Below are positions 25,647-32,000 of a stretch of DNA of 32,000 bases, in pieces. The stretch is taken from assembly GCF_001465295.1 (NCBI RefSeq), contig NZ_CP011034.1:840001-872000 (forward strand), in the 5' to 3' direction. The position numbers were made by a program, and so were the translations under genes. Origin of the DNA: Pseudoalteromonas translucida KMM 520 (GTDB lineage Bacteria; Pseudomonadota; Gammaproteobacteria; Enterobacterales; Alteromonadaceae). The notes under the pieces were generated by a model, which worked only from the letters and a program-made list of their open reading frames with translations, made no database searches and was not told where the DNA came from. Every line of letters begins with the position of its first letter. The stretch's first letter is position 1.

Positions 25647-25979
25647 ATGAAAATTCAAAATAGCGCTGTATTTCAAGAAATGCAATCTATGGCCTTAGAA
25701 GCGGGCCGTAATAATCAAATTAATAAATTGCCTACGCAAGTTCAGTCTACGTCATCAGCACAATTTGGCGATATGCTAAGTAATGCGCTTAATACTGTGC
25801 ATGAGTTACAGCAAGACACAGGTCAAAAAGTAAAAGCGGTTGAAATGGGCGACAGAAGCGTATCGCTTGCAGAGGCAATGATTGCTTCGCAAAAATCATC
25901 TGTTGCATTTGAAGCGACCGTACAAGTGCGTAATAAACTTGTTGAAGCTTACAAAGAAATCATGAATATGCCTGTTTAA
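25647..25979 (+). CDS. fliE: Flagellar hook-basal body complex protein FliE
   Basis: 110 aa with a conserved FliE C-terminal half (SLAEAMIASQKSSVAFEATVQVRNKLVEAYKEIMNMPV). Confidence 0.95.
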   Translation: MKIQNSAVFQEMQSMALEAGRNNQINKLPTQVQSTSSAQFGDMLSNALNTVHELQQDTGQKVKAVEMGDRSVSLAEAMIASQKSSVAFEATVQVRNKLVEAYKEIMNMPV

Positions 25980-25999
25980 TCAGGTAGTGGAGAATAATT

Positions 26000-27715
26000 G
26001 TGGCGCAATCTAATCAATCTACAGATCTTGCACTTGCTAGTGGCGGTATTGAGCAAAGCGATAGTGACGATCAACAAGAACAAAAGTCGGGCTATTTAAG
26101 TGCGTTAAGCGGTGTTGATGTATTGCGTCAAGTTACCCTTATTATTGCACTGGCTATTTGTTTGGCAATTGCCATTTTTGTGATTATTTGGGCACGCCAG
26201 CCAGATATGCGTCCATTAGGTAAAATGCCCACCGAAGAGCTAATTCAAACGCTTGATTTTTTAGATGCGCAAAAAATAGATTATCAACTAGATGGTAACG
26301 TAGTGTCGGTTGATGAAAGCGAATACCAAAATATAAAATTATTAATGACTCGCGAAGGCTTGGATCAAGGTCCTACTTCTGGCTCAGACATAATAATGCA
26401 AGATATGGGCTTTGGTGTAAGCCAACGCTTAGAGCGCGAGCGCCTAAAGCATGGCCGAGAGCAACAACTTGCCCGCACTATAGAAGAGCTTAATAACATT
26501 ACTCGCGCCAAAGTATTGTTAGCCATCCCTAAAGAAAACGTATTTGCCCGCAGAGAGAAAAAGCCATCAGCAACGGTCGTACTTACGCTTAAACGCGGAC
26601 GCTCGCTTAACAGCGAAGAAGTAGACTCTGTGGTGGATATGATAGCCTCAGCAGTGCAAGGATTAGAGCCTGCACGTGTAACGGTTACTGATCAAAATGG
26701 CCGTTTATTAAACTCAGGCTCACAAAGCTCACTTTCTGCACGCTCTCGTAAAGAGTACGACCTAGAGCGTAAGCGCGAGCAAGAATACCTTGAAAAAATT
26801 GATAGCATTTTAATCCCTATTGTTGGTTTGAGTAATTACACCGCGCAAGTTGATTTGAGCATGGACTTTAGCTCACTAGAAGAAACGCAAAAACGTTATA
26901 ACCCAGACCTACCAGCAGTAAGAAGTGAAACGACGTTTGAAGAAAACAACATAGGCGGCTTAGCTGTAGGTATTCCTGGCGCGTTAAGTAACCAACCTCC
27001 GGTAAATTCAGATATTCCAGAAGTAGCAGGTCAAGGCGGCGCAGGAAGTGTTACTTCACCGAGTCGTACGCACAAAGAAGCCACGCGTAACTATGAGCTC
27101 GATACTACTATTTCGTATAAGCGCCAACAAAGCGGCACGATCCGCAGAATTAGCGTATCGGTAGCGGTTGATTATTTGCCAACAGTGGGCGAAAACGGTG
27201 AAACCACCATGACCCCGCGCTCGGTTGAGGCACTGTCAAATATTCGACGTTTATTACAAGGCGGTGTTGGCTTTGATATACAACGCGGCGATGCCCTAGA
27301 GGTAGTGACAGTTCCCTTTGTACGAGAAGCCGCAGATATGAGTTTTGAAGTACCTTTATGGGAACAAGACTGGTTTATGAAAATAGTACGCCTAGTACTG
27401 GCAGCATTGGTTATTATTGTGTTGATTATGGCGGTAGTTAAACCTATGCTAAAACGCTTAATTTACCCAGACAGCACGCTTGATGAGTACGATGAAGATG
27501 CACTTAGCTCTGGGGTTGATATTGGCGATAGTAGCTTAGATATGCTAAATAAAGACTTTGATTCTGCTTCAGTTGGCTTCTCAAGCGATGGTACACTGCA
27601 GCTACCCGATTTACATGGTGACGAAGACTTACTTAAAGCCGTACGTGCCCTTGTAGCTAATGAACCAGAACTATCATCACAAGTAGTGAAAGCGTGGTTA
27701 ACCGAAGATGACTGA
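26000..27715 (+). CDS. fliF: Flagellar MS-ring protein FliF
   Basis: GTG start with a GTGGAG RBS. Two transmembrane segments flank a large periplasmic region (LLMTREGL...ITRAKVLLAIPKENVFAR). 571 aa, stop overlaps the fliG start. Confidence 0.95.
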   Translation: MAQSNQSTDLALASGGIEQSDSDDQQEQKSGYLSALSGVDVLRQVTLIIALAICLAIAIFVIIWARQPDMRPLGKMPTEELIQTLDFLDAQKIDYQLDGNVVSVDESEYQNIKLLMTREGLDQGPTSGSDIIMQDMGFGVSQRLERERLKHGREQQLARTIEELNNITRAKVLLAIPKENVFARREKKPSATVVLTLKRGRSLNSEEVDSVVDMIASAVQGLEPARVTVTDQNGRLLNSGSQSSLSARSRKEYDLERKREQEYLEKIDSILIPIVGLSNYTAQVDLSMDFSSLEETQKRYNPDLPAVRSETTFEENNIGGLAVGIPGALSNQPPVNSDIPEVAGQGGAGSVTSPSRTHKEATRNYELDTTISYKRQQSGTIRRISVSVAVDYLPTVGENGETTMTPRSVEALSNIRRLLQGGVGFDIQRGDALEVVTVPFVREAADMSFEVPLWEQDWFMKIVRLVLAALVIIVLIMAVVKPMLKRLIYPDSTLDEYDEDALSSGVDIGDSSLDMLNKDFDSASVGFSSDGTLQLPDLHGDEDLLKAVRALVANEPELSSQVVKAWLTEDD

Positions 27716-28748
27716 TCAAAACCAAAAACAACTCCCAGCAGCTTTCGATGTTGATAAACTAGATGGCGTAGATAAAGCGGCCATATTGCTATTAAGTTTA
27801 TCTGAAGAAGATGCAGCGCAAATACTCAAACATTTAGAGCCCAAACAGGTGCAAAAAGTGGGTATGGCGATGGCTGGTTTACAGGATTTATCGCAAGCTA
27901 AAATAAGCGCGGTACATAATTTATTTATAGAGCAAATTCAAAGCTTTAGTACAATTGGTTTTCAATCAGAAGACTTTATTAAAAAAGCACTTACCGCTGC
28001 ATTAGGTGAAGACAAAGCCGCTAGCCTAATTGACCAAATAGTAATGGGTTCGGGGGCTAAAGGGCTTGATTCGTTAAAGTGGATGGACTCGAAGCAAGTA
28101 GCTAACATTATTCGTAATGAGCATCCGCAAATTCAAACCATTGTATTGTCGTATTTAGAGCCTGAGCAATCTGCCGAAATACTGGCGCAGTTTCCTGAAA
28201 AAGTGCGCCTAGATTTAACCATGCGTATAGCTAATCTTGAAGAAGTGCAGCCTGCTGCATTACAAGAGCTTAACGAAATTATGGAAAAACAGTTTGCTGG
28301 CCAAGCGGGTGCGCAAGCAGCGAAAATGGGCGGCTTAAAAGCGGCTGCCGATATTATGAACTACCTAGATACCAACGTAGAAGGGCAGTTAATGGACTCT
28401 ATTCGTGAGCATGACGAAGAAATGTCGCAACAAATTCAAGATCTTATGTTTGTGTTTGAAAACCTAATGGACGTAGACGACCGTGGTATTCAAGCAATTT
28501 TACGCGAAGTACAACAAGACGTACTAATGAAAGCGATTAAAGGCACAGACGATGCGCTTAAAGAAAAAATACTCGGTAATATGTCTAAACGTGCTGCCGA
28601 AATGCTTGCTGATGACTTAGAGGCAATGGCACCTGTGCGTATTAGTGAAGTAGAAGCAGCGCAAAAAGAAATACTCTCTACGGCACGTAGGTTATCAGAC
28701 TCGGGCGAAATACAGCTTGGCGGCGGCGGCGGTGAGGAGTTTTTATAA
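27708..28748 (+). CDS. fliG: Flagellar motor switch protein FliG
   Basis: GVDKAAILLLSLSEEDAAQILKHL, EHPQIQTIVLSYLEP, MFVFENLMDVDDRGIQAILREV and a C-terminal torque helix region. 346 aa. Confidence 0.97.
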   Translation: MTDQNQKQLPAAFDVDKLDGVDKAAILLLSLSEEDAAQILKHLEPKQVQKVGMAMAGLQDLSQAKISAVHNLFIEQIQSFSTIGFQSEDFIKKALTAALGEDKAASLIDQIVMGSGAKGLDSLKWMDSKQVANIIRNEHPQIQTIVLSYLEPEQSAEILAQFPEKVRLDLTMRIANLEEVQPAALQELNEIMEKQFAGQAGAQAAKMGGLKAAADIMNYLDTNVEGQLMDSIREHDEEMSQQIQDLMFVFENLMDVDDRGIQAILREVQQDVLMKAIKGTDDALKEKILGNMSKRAAEMLADDLEAMAPVRISEVEAAQKEILSTARRLSDSGEIQLGGGGGEEFL

Positions 28749-28751
28749 ACC

Positions 28752-29567
28752 ATGACTAAATCGTCAATGCATAAAGGGCGTCCACTGCACGCAGATGAAG
28801 CCGATGAACTATTAAAGCATTGGGATGTTCCTGATGTAGCGCCAGATGAAAAAAGCTTTGGTAATCGCTCTACGGCATTTGGTACACCGCTTGCGGAGCT
28901 GTATCGAAAAGAAATGGCTGAAGAGTCGCTAATTGAGGAGCCGCAAGAACCTGAGTTACCTGCGCTTACTATGGCCGAACTTGAACGCATTAGACAAGAT
29001 GCGTTTGAAGAAGGTGTAAAGCAAGGCCACGAGCAAGGTTACATAGATGGTTTTGATAAAGGCGTTACCGAAGGTAAAGAAGCAGGCTACAAAGAAGGCC
29101 TAGAGCTGGGTAAAACCCAAGGCCATGAAGATGTAAAACCACTAATAGAAGAGCAGTTAACTGGCCTGCGCAGTGTTTTAGAGGGATTAACCGCGCCACT
29201 AGGTAAAGTAGATGAGCAAGCTGAAAAGCAATTAGTGCAATTAGCCGTTATGCTTGCAGAAGCTATTATTTATCAAGAAGTAAAAACCTCTCCCGACGTT
29301 ATTTTACACACCCTTAAACACAGTATTGATGCGCTTAATACCGAGCAAGAAAAAGTACGCATTCATTTACACCCCGAAGATTTAGAACTAATAAAGCATA
29401 GTTATGGCGAGCAAACAGTGACTGATAATAACTGGCAGCTGATTGCAGAGCCAACATTAGAGCGAGGCGGCTGCGAAGTTAAAACCGCGCAATCATCGCT
29501 TGATATGACACTTAAAACGCGTGTCAAAGAAACATTGGATAGTTTTTTGCATAACAGTAGTATCTAA
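28752..29567 (+). CDS. fliH: Flagellar export apparatus protein FliH
   Basis: Characteristic FliH glycine-repeat segment (EEGVKQGHEQGYIDGFDKGVTEGKEAGYKEGLELGKTQGHED) followed by the C-terminal FliH/YscL domain. Synteny fits. Confidence 0.92.
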   Translation: MTKSSMHKGRPLHADEADELLKHWDVPDVAPDEKSFGNRSTAFGTPLAELYRKEMAEESLIEEPQEPELPALTMAELERIRQDAFEEGVKQGHEQGYIDGFDKGVTEGKEAGYKEGLELGKTQGHEDVKPLIEEQLTGLRSVLEGLTAPLGKVDEQAEKQLVQLAVMLAEAIIYQEVKTSPDVILHTLKHSIDALNTEQEKVRIHLHPEDLELIKHSYGEQTVTDNNWQLIAEPTLERGGCEVKTAQSSLDMTLKTRVKETLDSFLHNSSI

Positions 29568-29585
29568 CTATTTTATTGGTCTGTT

Positions 29586-30920
29586 ATGTCTGCTTTAGAT
29601 GTTTCATTAAGCGAACGCTTATCTCAATACAAACAGCATATTAAACCGCCAACACTTGCTGTAGCGGGTATTTTAACGCGAGTAGTTGGCCTTACCCTTG
29701 AGGCCAAAGGCTTACGTGCGCCTGTAGGTAGCCAATGTAAAATAGAAACCATGAACGGCTTTGTTGATGCCGAAATTGTTGGCTTTAACGACCAAACCTT
29801 ATATTTAATGCCAAACGATCATATATCGGGGGTGCTTCCTGGGGCTCGGGTGATCCCCCAACTTAACGACACAGGTTTACCTGTAGGCATGAGTTTGCTG
29901 GGCCGCGTAGTTGATGGCTTAGGCCGTCCTCTTGATGGTTTAGGTAAAATAAATGCTGAGCACTACCTTAAGTTTGCCCAAAAACCGATAAACCCTCTTT
30001 CAAGACGACCCATAAGCCAGCCTATGGATGTAGGTGTGCGTGCTATAAACTCAGTAATAACAGTAGGACAAGGCCAACGAATGGGCTTGTTTGCGGGCTC
30101 GGGTGTAGGTAAATCGGTACTGCTTGGTATGATGACACGTGGTAGTGAAGCCGATGTTATTGTGGTGGGGCTGGTGGGTGAGCGTGGCCGCGAAGTAAAA
30201 GAATTTATTGAAGAAATACTTGGTGTAGAGGGGCGTAAACGCTCGGTGGTTGTAGCAGCACCGGCAGACTCTTCACCCTTAATGCGTTTAAAAGGCTGCG
30301 AAAGCGCGGTGACTATTGCTGAGTACTTTCGCGATCAGGGATTAAATGTTTTGTTATTGCTCGATTCGGTAACGCGTTATGCCATGGCGCAGCGTGAAAT
30401 AGCACTTGCAGTAGGCGAGCCTCCGGCAACTAAAGGCTACCCGCCTTCGGTGTTTGCAAAGCTGCCTGCGCTGGTGGAGCGTGCCGGTAACGGCGGAGAA
30501 GGGCAAGGCTCTATTACTGCCTTTTTTACTGTATTAAGTGAAGGCGATGATATGCAAGACCCCATTGCCGATGCAGCGCGCGCCATACTCGACGGCCATA
30601 TTGTACTTTCGCGGGAACTGGCCGACAGCGGTCATTATCCGGCAATTGATATAGAAAAATCTATTTCGCGAGTAATGCCGCAAGTGGTATCTGAGACGCA
30701 CATGCAACAAGCGCGAGTACTTAAGCAGGTGTATTCTATGTACCAGCAAAATAAAGACATGATCACCCTAGGTGCGTATCAAAAAGGGACAGATCAAATG
30801 CTTGATCAAGCCATTAATATGATGCCAAGAGTAAATGCCTTTTTACAGCAAGGTATGCGCGATGTAATTAGTTACGACGACGGCCTGCAAGGGCTAGCGC
30901 AGTTATTAGGGCAAGCATAA
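29586..30920 (+). CDS. fliI: Flagellum-specific export ATPase FliI
   Basis: Walker A GSGVGKS, Walker [13 protein letters not shown]1/T3SS-ATPase core ([24 protein letters not shown]...[13 protein letters not shown]). 444 aa. Confidence 0.97.
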   Translation: MSALDVSLSERLSQYKQHIKPPTLAVAGILTRVVGLTLEAKGLRAPVGSQCKIETMNGFVDAEIVGFNDQTLYLMPNDHISGVLPGARVIPQLNDTGLPVGMSLLGRVVDGLGRPLDGLGKINAEHYLKFAQKPINPLSRRPISQPMDVGVRAINSVITVGQGQRMGLFAGSGVGKSVLLGMMTRGSEADVIVVGLVGERGREVKEFIEEILGVEGRKRSVVVAAPADSSPLMRLKGCESAVTIAEYFRDQGLNVLLLLDSVTRYAMAQREIALAVGEPPATKGYPPSVFAKLPALVERAGNGGEGQGSITAFFTVLSEGDDMQDPIADAARAILDGHIVLSRELADSGHYPAIDIEKSISRVMPQVVSETHMQQARVLKQVYSMYQQNKDMITLGAYQKGTDQMLDQAINMMPRVNAFLQQGMRDVISYDDGLQGLAQLLGQA

Positions 30921-31369
30921 TGGCTAAAAACAAACTGCATTTATTACTAAAAATAGAAAACGATAAAGAAGAAACGCTACGGATGAGCTACTTGCAGGCG
31001 AATCAAAATTTACAAGCAAACCAGCAAAAGCTCCAAGGTTTAAATGACTTTAGATTGGAATATACCCAGCAATTACACATTAAAGGGCAGTCGGGCTTAT
31101 CAAGTGCTGGATTTAGTCAGTTTCATGCATTTATTGCCAAAATAGAAGAAGCAATTCGCCAACAAGCCAATACGGTTAATACCGCAAAACAAGTGGTGAG
31201 TCAGCGTAAAACACTGTGGTTAAAGCAGCAAATTAAGGCTAAAGCAGTCGCTAAACTAATTGAAAAACAACAGTTAAAGGCTAATGTGCTAGTGGCGAAA
31301 AATGAGCAAAAAATGTTGGATGAGTTTTCTGCTAATCAATTTTTTCAACGACACAACAATCGACTTTAA
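30920..31369 (+). CDS. fliJ: Flagellar export chaperone/stalk protein FliJ
   Basis: TAATG overlap with fliI. 149-aa coiled-coil protein with an FliJ-like pattern (LQGLNDFRLEY..Q...G.....F.QFHAFI.KIEEAI..Q). Synteny fits. Confidence 0.9.
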   Translation: MAKNKLHLLLKIENDKEETLRMSYLQANQNLQANQQKLQGLNDFRLEYTQQLHIKGQSGLSSAGFSQFHAFIAKIEEAIRQQANTVNTAKQVVSQRKTLWLKQQIKAKAVAKLIEKQQLKANVLVAKNEQKMLDEFSANQFFQRHNNRL

Positions 31370-31404
31370 TAGCAATCGACTTTAGTAACAACAGACTTTA
31401 AAAA
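31357..31404 (+). repeat. Three tandem 16-bp repeats spanning the fliJ stop
   Basis: CAATCGACTTTAATAG / CAATCGACTTTAGTAA / CAACAGACTTTAAAAA starting at 31357, 31373 and 31389. Confidence 0.8.
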
Positions 31405-31452
31405 GTAGCGAGTACCTTAACCGCTTTAACAAAAGCTGTACCTTATAAACAA

Positions 31453-31468
31453 AGGCACGTTAATTGCT
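31453..31468 (+). promoter_or_regulatory. Sigma54 promoter for fliK
   Basis: AGGCACGTTAATTGCT (GGCACG-N4-TTGC) lies 70 nt upstream of the fliK ATG. An independent sigma54 promoter for fliK is known in Vibrio cholerae. Confidence 0.7.
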
Positions 31469-31537
31469 TTGTTGTTAAGTGAACTATAATTTTAGACATT
31501 ATTGGGTGGTTTGTTGCCGCTTTATATTAGGTGATTT

Positions 31538-32000
31538 ATGACGATTAATGATATTTCAATGTTAGCGGTATCTGAGCAAGACGTTTACTCTAATAAACAA
31601 ACGAGTAACTCAAAACGTAGTGATGACTCTGATACTGGTTTTTTTAATCAGTTAGAAGATGCTAATAAAGCGGCTTACGATAATAACAGCAAAGCTAAAA
31701 CCGGCGCTAGTAATGCTAAGACTGAGCAGCCTGAAGCACGAGACGATGCTGTTTCGGGCGATAGTATGTTGGCGCAAATAAATGCTGCGCACACTATAGA
31801 TACCTCAGTTAAAAAGAACGCTGATGCTAAAGCCGAGGCTTTAGATGAAGACGCTAAGCAATTAAAAGGGAAGCCTGATGATCAGCTTGCCCCTATTGTA
31901 ATTGCACCGCGAAAAGGTGTGCTTAGCGATGTTGCAGCAAGCGCTGAGGCGGCAAACGAAAAGCTAATGCCCTTATCTCAAAGTATGGCCACTGCAAATA
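31538..32000 (+). CDS. fliK: Flagellar hook-length control protein FliK, N-terminal part only (runs off the 3' edge)
   Basis: Frame open from ATG 31538 to the end of the window (MTINDISMLAVSEQDVYSNKQTSNSKRSDDSDTGFFNQLEDANKAAYDNNSKAKTG...). It is absent from the ORF track, probably because the track lists only ORFs closed by an in-window stop and this frame has none. The low-complexity acidic/Ala-rich N-terminus and the position after fliJ fit FliK. Confidence 0.75.
   Translation, partial: MTINDISMLAVSEQDVYSNKQTSNSKRSDDSDTGFFNQLEDANKAAYDNNSKAKTGASNAKTEQPEARDDAVSGDSMLAQINAAHTIDTSVKKNADAKAEALDEDAKQLKGKPDDQLAPIVIAPRKGVLSDVAASAEAANEKLMPLSQSMATAN

Noticed and set aside
28724-28741. (GGC)4-GGT trinucleotide run at the 3' end of fliG, and (CCG)3 in cheV at about 343-354, as possible phase-variation tracts.
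   Set aside because: Both are short, in frame (Gly5 and Pro4) and lie in positions where homologues also carry Gly- or Pro-rich linkers. Triplet slippage would not shift the frame.
1-32000. Search for a hidden accessory or defence system, prophage, integrase, transposase, toxin-antitoxin pair, tRNA or rRNA.
   Set aside because: Every ORF over 100 aa with coding-like composition is assigned to a flagellar or chemotaxis family or to tag. The intergenic gaps are filled by promoters, terminators and the two repeat families. No tRNA-like or rRNA-like sequence was recognised.

Overview
This window is almost entirely a contiguous polar-flagellum gene cluster of the Vibrio/Pseudomonas/Alteromonadales type. 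The AT-rich composition and protein sequences suggest Pseudoalteromonas or a close relative, but that is inference only. Gene order is cheV(5' partial)-cheR(frameshifted)-flgBCDEFGHIJKL, two tandem flagellin genes, flaG-fliD, fliS plus a fliT-like gene on the opposite strand, flrA(fleQ), tag on the opposite strand, flrB-flrC, then fliEFGHIJ and the start of fliK, which runs off the 3' edge. By eye I mapped eight sigma54 (-24 GG / -12 GC) promoters, two sigma28 promoters, one sigma70-like promoter for flrA, and several rho-independent terminators. Together they reproduce the known four-tier flagellar hierarchy. I see no defence island, mobile element, CRISPR array or clearly novel protein system, and all large ORFs are explained by known families. 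The points worth a second look are: (1) cheR is broken by a 1-nt frameshift in a G-run; (2) the fliS-fliT cassette is inverted relative to the canonical order and carries stacked sigma28 and sigma54 promoters; (3) a DNA-repair gene (tag) sits between the master regulator flrA and flrBC; (4) two unnamed intergenic repeat families recur at operon boundaries, one a 62-bp tandem repeat with internal 7-nt AGGT periodicity, the other a roughly 123-bp composite element with an 11-bp internal inverted repeat; (5) short repeat motifs lie next to the flagellin-1, flrA and fliK promoters.
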